From: an uncultured bacterium
GTDB taxonomy: Bacteria > Verrucomicrobiota > Verrucomicrobiia > Limisphaerales > UBA8199
Direction: 5' to 3'
Assembly (NCBI GenBank): GCA_963749495.1
Contig: CAVVMW010000030.1
Span: 96,001 to 160,000, forward strand
DNA length: 64,000 bases
Below the pieces are notes generated by a model. The model was given only the letters and a program-made list of their open reading frames with translations. It had not been told where the DNA came from and searched no databases. The first letter of the stretch is position 1; every line of letters starts with the position of its first letter. Both the position numbers and the translations under genes were made by a program. This document shows, one piece after another, positions 43,036 through 53,630 of this stretch.

Positions 43036-44535
43036 TCACCTCGGCGTGTTGATATACCGCTCAGCCCAGGTGAGGAACGCCGGCCAGTTCGGGCCGGTGG
43101 TGTGCCCGCCCCGATGCTGGCGCCAGGCGAGTTCCCCCTCCACCAGGCTGGTCTCCAAAGGCGGAAGGTCCGTCGTTCCCAGGTCCGTCCGGCCCAGCAG
43201 CCGATACACCGGTCCGGCCGCCACCGCCGCCATGAAGCTGCCCCGCTGGTCCACCCACTTGCCTTCGGAGCCGCGCCCCTCCGAGGCCCCGTAACTGATG
43301 AACGTGGGCCGCGGCGCGCACAGGGCGATGAGTTCATGGGCATCCACCGGCAGGTCCTTCCACGTCAGCGGACCGCCGTATTTGAGGAAGTTGCCCGCCA
43401 TCCAGTGGTATTCGCCCGAGCCGGTGAGGTTCTCGACGGTCTCGCCGAAGTTGCGGCGATGCAGCTTGGCGCCGCCTTCGCCCGAGGAACCGATAAAGCC
43501 GATGGCGAAACGCTGGTCGTACGCCATGGCGACCAGCGCGGCCTTGCCGTAGCGCGAGAGGCCCTCGATGCCGGCCTGCCTGGCGTCCACCGCCTTGTTG
43601 GTCTCGAGGTAGTCCAGGGCGCGGCTCGCGCCCCAGGCCCACGCGCGCAACGCGCCCCAATCCTCGGGCTTGCGGGGCTGGCCCTGGTTGCACAGGCCGA
43701 TGATGCCTTTGGTGAGGCCGGCCCCGGTGTCGGCCTGGATGCTGTTGGGTGACAGGGTCGCATAGCCCCAACCCTTGGCCAGCACCTGTTGCTGCCAGGT
43801 GGGGCCGCTGCCGAACCCTCCCGGCCCGGGACCCATCGGTCCGCCCGGCCGGTTGGTGCCGCCAAATCCCCCTCCAAAGCCGCGGCCCGCGAATTGATTT
43901 GTCCCGCCAAAGGCATTGGTGCCGCCAAACCGACCGAATCCGCCCCCGAAGCTGAAGCCGAACTCCATCATCACTGGCACCGGGCGGGCGGCCATGGCGG
44001 GCGTCGTCAATGTCAACTGGATGTCCACCTTGATCGACGGATACGATGAGTTGCCGACGTGCCCGACGAGTTGCCTGGTGATGACCGGGACATCGCCGTT
44101 GGTCTCCCGGCTCGTGCTGGTCACCTCCCATCTCACCGGAGGAACGTCCTTGGGGACCCGCCCATAAATTTCGCGGTCGAAATCCTCCACGATCTCAGGC
44201 CGCCGCTGGTTCCACCACATTTGGGCCGTCGTGACTCTTTGTCCGTTTTTCAACACGAGCGGGTCCGGCAGGTCCGGGTAGGGATTGGCCTTGGCCTCGT
44301 CGTAATTGACGGCATTGGGCGCGTTCGTGTTGTTCGGGTCCGCCCCCCTTCTGAGCGAGGTGATGTGCAGCAGGTCCATCATCTTTTGATGATCCTGCTG
44401 TGCGGTCAATGAAACGGGCCCCGGCGGATTGGCCCCCGGGCTGGAATTGGAATCCGCCGCCTGCACCGTGAAACGCGAGCCAAACCCGGCAGCGGCGCCA
44501 AAGGCGATGAGGAGAACCAGGGTGGAGTTGGACAT
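43036..44535 (-). CDS. CE15-like carbohydrate esterase (glucuronoyl esterase family), secreted
   Basis: Signal peptide; WAWGASR, GLSRYGK nucleophile motif, HELIALCAPRP, HRGGH. Confidence 0.85.
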   Translation of the reverse strand: MSNSTLVLLIAFGAAAGFGSRFTVQAADSNSSPGANPPGPVSLTAQQDHQKMMDLLHITSLRRGADPNNTNAPNAVNYDEAKANPYPDLPDPLVLKNGQRVTTAQMWWNQRRPEIVEDFDREIYGRVPKDVPPVRWEVTSTSRETNGDVPVITRQLVGHVGNSSYPSIKVDIQLTLTTPAMAARPVPVMMEFGFSFGGGFGRFGGTNAFGGTNQFAGRGFGGGFGGTNRPGGPMGPGPGGFGSGPTWQQQVLAKGWGYATLSPNSIQADTGAGLTKGIIGLCNQGQPRKPEDWGALRAWAWGASRALDYLETNKAVDARQAGIEGLSRYGKAALVAMAYDQRFAIGFIGSSGEGGAKLHRRNFGETVENLTGSGEYHWMAGNFLKYGGPLTWKDLPVDAHELIALCAPRPTFISYGASEGRGSEGKWVDQRGSFMAAVAAGPVYRLLGRTDLGTTDLPPLETSLVEGELAWRQHRGGHTTGPNWPAFLTWAERYINTPR

Positions 44536-44601
44536 AGTTCGGCCACAGAATAGATCAGCACAGACCGATGAAAAGCCTGGAATGTTGCTGCGCGTGCGCC
44601 G

Positions 44602-44802
44602 GGGTTTGAGACAGGATTCTTATTGGAGCTCCAGATCGCAGATCTCAGAGATGATGTGGCTCTTCGATCCTTCGTTTCCTTCGTCTCCTTCTGTTCTTTT
44701 CCAGCGTCCCACCCGCTGGGCACAGGAACAGAACAGAAGGAAACCAAGGAAACGAAGAGGCGGCCGGATGGGTGGCATCGTTGTGGTCCGTGGCAGTTCG
44801 TA
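44602..44802. repeat. Second copy (inverted) of the ~200-bp dispersed element
   Basis: Reverse complement of 12043-12244. Confidence 0.85.
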
Positions 44803-44947
44803 CCGAGGGGTTGGATAGCGCATTCACAGGAACGGACCGCACGATCGAGGTCGCGTTCAGCGAAATCCGCGCTGTCTTCGAGCGATGGGAAAACGGCGCC
44901 GCCGGTCCTGGTCATTGACCGGGGTCCAAATGCCTCTGCCCCGTGAC

Positions 44948-47746
44948 TCACCTGCCCGCTCTGGGCTGTGGACTGTGGACTCTGGACTGTGGACTGGACT
45001 CGTGGCTTTCCGGTTTTCGGGGAACGCCCAGGCACAGGAGCAACACAACGCCCACGGCAAGTCCCACGAGGCTGGTGTACAACCCGGTGAGAGGCGCAGT
45101 AAAGCGGAACTCGATTTGGTGCTCTCCGGCGGGCACCTGCACGCCGCGCATGACGTAATTGCAGCGCAGGAGGGCCGCCGGTTTTCCGTCCACGCTCACT
45201 TTCCAGCCCGGATCGAACTGGTCGTTCAGGAGCAACACGGAAGGTGCAGCAGCCTTGGCGTGCAATACGATTTGCCTGGGGGCGTAGCTGGCAAATTCGA
45301 CTGTGCCGGCGGATTGGGACGGGCTCGCATTGGTTTGAGCCGGGGCGGGCGCGGGCAGCGTGTCGGCTACAAGGACCGTCTGCGCAGGGTCAAAACCGCG
45401 GTTGGCCAGCAGCTTGAGCGTCTGCTCGTCATTGGTGGAGACTTGCCAGTTGGCGTAGAGCCTGGCGCGCGGCAGGGCGGCGGTGTACTCGTAGAGGGCC
45501 AGGGGACCGTCGGTGGTGGGAACGGCAGTCAATTGCTCGAAGCCCTCGATCGGGCCGGTCTGGTCCGGCTTGGGCGCTACTTTGAAGTACTTGAGGATCC
45601 TAAACGGCTTGCGGATCGGGTCGAGGGCCTGGTTGAGCTGGTCGGGAGGCAGCGCCAGGCCGAGCAAGTAGCGCGTGTTGGTCAGCTCCCAGTGTCGCAG
45701 CGGGAGGGGTCTTAGAGCCGTCTCAAACGCCGAGTATTGGATGGGCACACGCGGCAGTTGGACAACGTCGAGCGACTGGACGTTGTAGTAAGGGAAGAGA
45801 TGCTGTTTCCATTCGCTGTTGTAGAGATCCCTCATCGTAAAGTAATTCTCGACCAACGGCGCCGCTGCCGGCGGGAACTTCCTGATGTCGAAAAACTGCT
45901 CCACCGGCAGGACCGAGACGCGGTGCTCGTATGGTTTTTCGCGCATCAAATCGAGGATCGGGTTCGAGGCATAGGTCACCTTCCAGTTATAGACGATAAC
46001 CCACGGCAGGTCGGCTGCCATCAAATCCGCTGCGATCAAAACCCCGATCAGCACCATCCCCACCCTGGCCCGGCGGCCGCTGAAATAGCCGCTCAACACC
46101 ACGGCCATGAGGCCAAGCGCCGGGACCAGCAGGAGGATGAACCAGCCGACCTGCCGGAGGCTGAAGCCGGCCAGGACATCCGCCGTGGCGGCGTTGAAAT
46201 TGACCTCCTGCAGGTAGGCCACCAGGCGCTCGCGCGCGCAGGCATAGACCAGCCAGCCGAGCAGGCTCGCCCCCAGCGCCGCCCAGGAGCCCTTGATCCA
46301 ATTTTTCTCGAACGCCGTGGCCTTGCTCCACCAGGCCCGCATTTGTGGCCCCAGGCCCGCCGCCCCGGCCCCGGCCTGCCCTTGCAGGTATTGGCGGCGC
46401 AGGCCCTCGAGGCCGTAGCCAAACAGGATGACCAGGATCCAGCAGAAGACATGGATGAACTTGGCCGGGTTGCGGATCGTCGAGGTGTAGGGCAGGGCAT
46501 AGAAGAACCGGTAAAATGGCGCGTGCCGCCCGTAGGCCATCACTATCGCCACCACCGCCGCGCCCAGCCAGAAGTGGATGACACGCCGCTCCGCCGGCGA
46601 GAAGGCGCCGTTCATTCTGCGGAGCGACTGCGCCGCTCCAAAGAGGGCGATCACGATCACCAGCACCCCCGTGTAGGAGCCGCCCCCGGTAAACCGTGGA
46701 TACCCACCGGGCCTTGGCACGTCCTGGCCGGCCTTCCGGGCGGCCAGGTACTCGTCATAGGCCGGGTCCTGCCCCACCGCTCCCCAATACTGGCCCCCCT
46801 GGAACCAGTCCCCAAACGCCGCCACGTCCTTGGGCGTTTCCATGCGAAAACCGAAGACCCCCGGAACGAGCACCCCGAGCGTTTCCCACTTGGGCAGGCT
46901 CCACTGCGTGGCTTCTTTCCAGCGCATGGCCTTGGTCGCCGGGTCCTGCGCCATGCCGACGATGCCCTTGACCTGGGTGCTGACCAGGCTGCTCAGCGCG
47001 CCCGCCGCGAGCACCGCCGCAAAAACCGCCACCAGCGTGAGCCGCGCCAGGCCGGCGGCCAGTCTCTGCCCCACCGCCCCCGCTTGGCCGTTGAAGGCCT
47101 CGAAGATGATAAAGGCCCCCACAAACACGCTGAAAATCGCACCGATGTCGTACGATTCGTTTATCCCCATGCCGACGGCCGATCCCGCCAGCACCATCCG
47201 GACCCACTGCTTGGGGCTGGACTGGTCCGCTAGGGCCGCCAGGCCCAGGAACATCATGCCGAACCCGATCGGCTGCGCGGCCACCCCCCAGCAGGCCGTC
47301 GAGAGGAAGTCCGAGTTCAATGCCGCCGCCAGGCCGCCCACCAGACACACCCCCGCCGAGAATTTGCACTCCCGGAAAAAGACCCACGCCGAGAGCCCGA
47401 GCAGGAACAGGGACGTGAAGGCATAGAACTTGGACGTCAGCAGCGGGCCCACCATCGTTGACCATATCGCGGTGATGCTGGGGATTCCACTGGGGTAGGA
47501 GTACCCCACCCAGTTAAGGTCGTCCCAAAGGCCGAACATCCATGCCGGGGGCCTCTCCCAGGCGGCTTTGCACAACCCCAGCGGCCCGTCGTTGGAAGCC
47601 ACAGACATTCCCGGCAGCAGCCCCTTGAAGAAGAGCATTGTCAGGACGCAGAGCAGGAGCAGCGCCATCCATGCGAACTGGCCAAGGGCCGGGCGCCTCG
47701 CAGGACCCGGTCGCGGAGGTTGGACATTGGCTGGTGGTGATTTCAT
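44948..47746 (-). CDS. YfhO-like polytopic membrane protein (putative GT-C glycosyltransferase)
   Basis: Many TM helices; C-terminal LLNDQFDPGWKVSVDG...NYVMRGVQVPAGEHQIEFRF. Confidence 0.82.
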   Translation of the reverse strand: MKSPPANVQPPRPGPARRPALGQFAWMALLLLCVLTMLFFKGLLPGMSVASNDGPLGLCKAAWERPPAWMFGLWDDLNWVGYSYPSGIPSITAIWSTMVGPLLTSKFYAFTSLFLLGLSAWVFFRECKFSAGVCLVGGLAAALNSDFLSTACWGVAAQPIGFGMMFLGLAALADQSSPKQWVRMVLAGSAVGMGINESYDIGAIFSVFVGAFIIFEAFNGQAGAVGQRLAAGLARLTLVAVFAAVLAAGALSSLVSTQVKGIVGMAQDPATKAMRWKEATQWSLPKWETLGVLVPGVFGFRMETPKDVAAFGDWFQGGQYWGAVGQDPAYDEYLAARKAGQDVPRPGGYPRFTGGGSYTGVLVIVIALFGAAQSLRRMNGAFSPAERRVIHFWLGAAVVAIVMAYGRHAPFYRFFYALPYTSTIRNPAKFIHVFCWILVILFGYGLEGLRRQYLQGQAGAGAAGLGPQMRAWWSKATAFEKNWIKGSWAALGASLLGWLVYACARERLVAYLQEVNFNAATADVLAGFSLRQVGWFILLLVPALGLMAVVLSGYFSGRRARVGMVLIGVLIAADLMAADLPWVIVYNWKVTYASNPILDLMREKPYEHRVSVLPVEQFFDIRKFPPAAAPLVENYFTMRDLYNSEWKQHLFPYYNVQSLDVVQLPRVPIQYSAFETALRPLPLRHWELTNTRYLLGLALPPDQLNQALDPIRKPFRILKYFKVAPKPDQTGPIEGFEQLTAVPTTDGPLALYEYTAALPRARLYANWQVSTNDEQTLKLLANRGFDPAQTVLVADTLPAPAPAQTNASPSQSAGTVEFASYAPRQIVLHAKAAAPSVLLLNDQFDPGWKVSVDGKPAALLRCNYVMRGVQVPAGEHQIEFRFTAPLTGLYTSLVGLAVGVVLLLCLGVPRKPESHESSPQSRVHSPQPRAGR

Positions 47747-48066
47747 ATCTTTGCCTTACAACCTAAAAAAACCTAAAAAAGCTGAACAAGAATATCAAGT
47801 TGCCAGCCGATCTCAACTGCCTAAATTCGAGGCGCGCGCGGCGCGCGGGGGGGGCGGATCCTGGCTCTGTCCCCTGGCAGTCTGTCGGACCCAGAAGAAT
47901 ATTTTTGCATAAGTCGTTGATAATGAGTCATTAGTAGTGAATATCATATATAAATAAGTTAATATTATATAGGATTTGTCGTTGCCAGGACCGTCACACC
48001 TCGATAGTATATATTTCACTGAGCGGAATGTTGCGGAAACGTATTCGGCAGAATTGAACGCGTAAA

Positions 48067-49074
48067 ATGAAAGACAAGAAGCCAGAAATCTGGGTGAACG
48101 TTGATGTTGTCGGCGCGTGTCCCCTTCGTTGCATCAGTTGTCCTGCGGGCCGCCGGGAACTGAAGCCCACCTCGGATTTGATGTCGGCGGACATGCTCCA
48201 GCGCATACTCACCAAGGTGGCCAGCGAGCTTCATGTCACTCGCATTTGGTTGCTGCAGTGGACTGAGCCGCTCCTGCACCCTCAACTTCCCGACCTCGTC
48301 AGGCTGGCCAAGCGGTTCGCCCCCACCGTCATCAGCACGGGTGCGAGTGTCTGCCGTTGCAACCTCAAGGACCTGGTGGCAGCCGAACCCGATGACCTCC
48401 TGGTCGCCATGTCCGGGTGGAGCCGGGAAGTCTATCAAACGACTCATGAAGGCGGCGACCCCGAAAACGTCAAGGCCTTCATGGTCAAGCTCCACGAACT
48501 CAAGGCCAGGAACGTCAGCTTGCTATGGCACCGCTACGCCAACAACATTGACGAGGAAGACCTGGCCAGGGCGTTCGCCCGCCGCCATGGTTTCATCTTC
48601 CGAGGCTGGTGGGCCGTCCATAATCCAGTCCAGGATCTCATTGCCGGCAAGGGCAATCCCTATCTCGTCCTATCTGTGCCCGAACGGCTCCAGATTACGC
48701 GCGACCAGGAGAAATACCAGTGCCCGTACCTATCTCTGACAATTGATATTGATGTTCAAGGGGACATCCGCAACTGTTGCGTCTCACATGTCGCGGACCG
48801 CGGCAACGTGTTCACTCACTCGGCAGCTGACTTCCTCCGCCGCCGGATGAGCCTCGAAAACCCCCTCTGCAAAGCATGTTACGGTGCCGGCGCCTATAAG
48901 ATCGCCAGCGGCCTCAACCTGCGGATTGACCGCGAATGCGCCAGGAGGGTGGGAAAACACCAGGCCCGCTATTGGTTTGAAAGGACGAAGAAAGCCGTCT
49001 GGATGCCTCTGGCCACCCGCAAAAAGGTGTTGGTGCCCAGCACGGCGCACCTCATGGGTTATTCCGGCACGTAG
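48067..49074 (+). CDS. Radical SAM protein with SPASM/twitch-like C-terminal domain
   Basis: CPLRCISC, WTEPLLHP, C...IDVQGDIRNCC...GNV...CKAC. Confidence 0.85.
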   Translation: MKDKKPEIWVNVDVVGACPLRCISCPAGRRELKPTSDLMSADMLQRILTKVASELHVTRIWLLQWTEPLLHPQLPDLVRLAKRFAPTVISTGASVCRCNLKDLVAAEPDDLLVAMSGWSREVYQTTHEGGDPENVKAFMVKLHELKARNVSLLWHRYANNIDEEDLARAFARRHGFIFRGWWAVHNPVQDLIAGKGNPYLVLSVPERLQITRDQEKYQCPYLSLTIDIDVQGDIRNCCVSHVADRGNVFTHSAADFLRRRMSLENPLCKACYGAGAYKIASGLNLRIDRECARRVGKHQARYWFERTKKAVWMPLATRKKVLVPSTAHLMGYSGT

Positions 49075-49345
49075 CGGTCCATCGCCTCAAGGTTTGGAGA
49101 ACACGAAACACATCCCCTGGCGCAGGCCCGGTGGCGGGTTTGTGAAGGGTCCAACCCAAACCCTGGTGGGCGCGCAAGTTCGCGGAATCGGGCTTCCGGC
49201 ACTCCGAGGCTCATGGTTTCCCCGTTTTCTCCTTGACGTTCAATGGCGGTTTGGGCAGAATGGCGGAGTGTCCGGCAGAGATAGAAAGTCAATATGTTCC
49301 AAAGGGGTATTGCCAGATGATCCGAGAGGTAACTTGAGGTTCGAT

Positions 49346-52300
49346 ATGAAGAACTTGCTCAGAGGGGGTGTGGCAGCCGCGGTGCTTCTGGCTGTCCTGT
49401 GCATCAACCATCGTGTTTTGGCCCAGACGAACTGTGTGCCTGCGCCTTTGGGCCTGGTCAGTTGGTGGGCCGGGGAGGGCAATGCCCTGGACAGCGCCGG
49501 CCTTAACGACGGGACGGCCTTCGGCGGGGTCGCTTACGCTGCCGGCGAGGTCGGCCAGGGCTTCGTCCTGGACGGCGTCACAGGGCATGTCCGTGTCCCG
49601 GACAGCCCGTCCCTGCGCATCGCCAATGCGCTCACGCTGGAAGCCTGGGTCCAGCCCAGGCTCTACGCGTCACATTCCATGGGCATCATTGACAAGTGGG
49701 ACGCGTTTGTCGCGGCGGGCCAGGCAAGCTACACGCTCTATCTGACGTACGACGGCCGGCCCCATTTTGCCCTCAGCGCCTCGGGGTCCGACTTTGACTT
49801 CGTGGATGTCTGGAGCAGCAACACCGTGCCCGTGGGCGTCTGGAGCCACGTCGCCGGCACTTACGACGGCACTACGACCAGGCTCTATATCAATGGCAGC
49901 CTCCAAGCGGCGGCCAGTTGGGCTCAGGGCATCTATCCCGGGACCAGCAACGTGGCGGTCGGCGGCGCCGTCGGGGGCACAAGCCCGGGGCAAGTGAATT
50001 ATCCGTTTGCCGGCATGATTGACGAACCGTCGGTTTACGCACGAGCGCTGGCGGCGTCCGAGGTTCAATCCATCTTCGCCGCCGGCAGCTCGGGCAAGTG
50101 CGTCGGGCCGGTCGGTCCGTACATTGTCTCAGAGCCGGCGAGCCAAACCATGCTGCTCGGGGCTACGGTGACCTTCAGCGTGGCCGCCATCGGCACACCG
50201 CCTTTGACTTACCAGTGGCAGTTGAACAGCAACAACATCCCCGGGGCCACCGGCAGTGCCTTGGTGCTGACCAACGTGCAGTTTGCTGACGCGGGCGCCT
50301 ATTCGGTCATCGTGTCCAACCTTGCGGGGACCGCGACCAGTTCCAGTGCGGTGTTGACGGTCGTTGCGGTCCCGCCATGCGCCGCGGCGCCCGCCGGCCT
50401 GGCCGGCTGGTGGGCCGGGGAGGGCAACGCCAACGACAGCGTTGGCACGAACAACGGTATCCTGGAGGGTGGCCTGACGTTTGCGCCCGGCAAGGTGGGC
50501 CGGGCCTTCAGTTTTGATGGAATTACCGCCGATGTGCACGTGCCGGCCTCGGGCAGTGTCGATGTGGGCGCCGGCGACGGGTTCACCGTGGAGGCCTGGA
50601 TCAACCCGGCCGACGTTGCGGAGCGTCCCTTGGTGGAATGGAACAGTGGCTCCTTTGGCGTCAACTTCTGGCTCTCGGCGCCACTGCCGGCGGGCGGCGG
50701 GCCCGGGTCGTTGTGGGCCGACGTGCGGGACGTCAATTTCCAACAACACCCGGTTTTCAGCGCCGGTGGACTGGTGGTTCCCAATGCCTGGCAGCACGTG
50801 GCGCTGACCTACAGCAAGGCGAGCGGCGTTGCGGACTTGTACCTCAACGGAAACGCCGTCCAACAGGCAGCCATCGGGCTGGTGAGGCCGATGACGAGGG
50901 GTGATCTTTGGTTCGGGCTGCGGCCCTATGACGCCGGGGTGGGGATGCGCTTCGCCGGGAGGATGGATGAGGTGAGCCTGTATAGCCGGGCGCTTTCGGC
51001 GGCGGAGATTCAGGCTGTTTACAGCGCGGGCGGTTCGGGGAAATGCCCTCTGGCCCCGATGATTTCAGCGCAGCCGCAGACCCAGTCGGCCATTTTCGGC
51101 GACACCGTCCTCTTCAGCGTTGCGGCCACAGGGACAGCACCGTTGAGCTACCAGTGGCAGGTCAACAGCAACGCCATATCAGGCGCGACGGGCAGTTCGC
51201 TGGTGCTGACCAACGTGCAGTCCGCTGACGCGGGGGCCTATTCGGTCATCGTGTCCAACCTTGCGGGGACGGCGACCAGTTCCAGTGCGGTGTTGACGGT
51301 CCTTGCGGCTGCTCCCTGCGCGACGGCCCCCACCGGCCTGGTCGGTTGGTGGGCCGGGGAGGGCAACGCCGCCGATAGCATCGGGACCGACGATGGTGTA
51401 ATCGAGGGCGGCCTGACTTTTGTGCCCGGCAAAGTGGGCCAGGCCTTTAATTTCGACGGGGCCACGGCAGAGGTGCGCGTCCCGGCCTCACCCGCTCTGG
51501 ATGTCGGGACAGGACCCGGCATGACCATCGAGGCCTGGATTCGGCCGGCGAGCGTTTCCGCCGAGCAGGTCGTGGCAGAGTGGAACAACGGCTACTTTGG
51601 CACAGGGCTGGAACGTCGCGGTCATTCCCTTGAGCGGGGGCAACGGGGCGGGGTCGTTCACGGCCAACTTCAAAGACGTCTTCAACCAGCACCATCTCAT
51701 CAATTCCCCGCCTGGGGTGCTCACCACCAACCGCTTCCAACACGTGGCGGCCACCTACGATAAGACCAGCGGGGATGCGGCGCTTTACCTCGATGGCACC
51801 CCGGTCGCCCAGGCCAACCTCGGGTTCTTTACGCCCCGGACGATCGGCGACTTGTACTTTGGACTGAGGGCTGACAGTGGCGCCACAGGATCGTGGTTTT
51901 CAGGCGCTATCGATGAGCTGAGCGTTTACGGCCGCGCCCTGTCTGGGGCCGAGGTCCAGGCCATTCACTCCGCTGGGAGCTCCGGCAAGTGCCCCTTGGC
52001 CCCGGTGATTGCAGTTCAACCTCAAAGCCAGACCGTTGTGGCCGGCGCGACGGTAACCCTAAGCGTCGGGGCCACGGGCACACGGCCGCTGGGCTATCAA
52101 TGGCTCTTGAACAGCAACAGCATCCCTATGGCGACCGGCAGTTCGTTGGTGCTGACCAACGTGCAGTTCTCAGAGGCGGGCGCTTACTCGGTCATGGTCT
52201 CGAATCCGGTCGGGACCCTCACCAGCTCGAATGCCGTCCTGACCGTGACCCGCCCGCCGGCCCTGGTGCAGGCCGCCAACTCGAGCGGTGTCGGCGCGGG

Positions 52301-53630
52301 CGCGGTGACGGTTCCCATCCTGCTGGTGGCCAATGGCAACGAGAACGGCCTGGCCTTCACGCTCGATTTCGACCCCACGAAGCTGATTTACACCGGCGTC
52401 GGCCTCGACAGCGGGGCAACCAATGCTGCGCTGGTGTCCAACGCCAGCCAGGCGACCAACGGGCTGATCGGCATCGCTGTGGCCATGCCGACGGATGGCC
52501 TCTTTGCCCCAGGCACGCAGGCCGTGGCCCAGGTGAGCTTCACGGCCGCAATGGTCACCAACGCGGCCTCGACCCCCGTCAGTTTCGGCAGCCAGGTAGT
52601 CAAGTCCCTGGTCGTCGATGCCAATGCCAATCCCTTGGCCGCCAACTTCGTCAGCGGGTTGGTGTCCATCGCCCCGACTCCCCTCGAAGGCGATGTCTTC
52701 CCGCGGCCCAATGGGGACGAGGCCGTCACGTTGAGTGACTGGGTGCTGGTGGGGCGGTATGCGGCGGGACTGGATTCTCCGACCAACGCCCTCGAGTTCC
52801 AAAAGGCGGACTGCGCGCCGCGCGCCAGCCTGGGCGACGGGGCCATCACGGTCATCGATTGGGTGCAGGCCGGGCGCTACATGGCCGGTCTGGATCCGCT
52901 CACGCCGGCCGGCGGTCCCACCGGACCGTTTGGCCCCGGGGCACTGCGGGTGCAGAAGGACCCGCCCCCCGGCCCGGCCCCGCAGACCCTCTCGCGCCAG
53001 GTCCAGGTGCTGGACACGGTTATCTTGCAGGGCCAGAGCGGGACGGTCTTTGTGAATCTCAAGGCCCTGGGCAACGAGAACGCCCTGGGCTTCACCCTCT
53101 CCTTTGACCCGAGCGTGTTGACCTATACCCGGACCGGCACGGGCAGCGATCTCAGCGCGGCCGGCGGTTCGATGATCGTCAATGAGACGCAGAAGGCCTC
53201 GGGGCGGGTGAGCCTTATGATGGGGCTGCAACCGGGCGCCAGTTTTGCCGCCGGCGACCAGCAAGTCGCCCAAGTGAGCTTCTCCGCCCGGGCCTCGGTT
53301 TCGGGCAAATACCCGGTCACGCTCCTCAGTCAGCCGGTGGCTTGCCAGGTCTCGGACCCCGCTGCCGTGCCGTTGGCGGCCGGCTACGTCAATGGCGCCA
53401 TCACCATCAGCGGGCCGCCCAGCCTGAGCATCGCGCACTCGGCCCAAGCCATCGTGCTCTCCTGGCCGTTGTGGGCGGCCAATTTCGAGTTGCAGGAGGC
53501 CAGTGGACCCTTGTCGCCGGCCATGACGTGGTCGAGCGCGGCCGTGACGCTGACCGCCGCCGCCGGCACCTACACAGCCTCTCTGGCGCCCGGCAGCACG
53601 AACAAGTTCTACCGCCTGCGCCAGAAATGA
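49346..53630 (+). CDS. Secreted multidomain protein: 3x(LamG + Ig), cohesin-like, dockerin-like, cohesin-like, C-terminal domain (frameshift at ~51605)
   Basis: Signal peptide; three GLVSWWAGEGNA...WxHVAxTY...IDE..VY.RALS units; ENGLAFTLDFDP and ENALGFTLSFDP; paired GD/AD...GD.AIT..DWV..GRY.AGLD. Confidence 0.85.

Noticed and set aside
48067..49074. Radical SAM protein as the missing HypD activase or a RiPP maturase
   Set aside because: It lacks the GRE-activase CxxxCxWCxNPE context, has a SPASM-like tail, lies 39 kb away, and no credible precursor peptide is nearby
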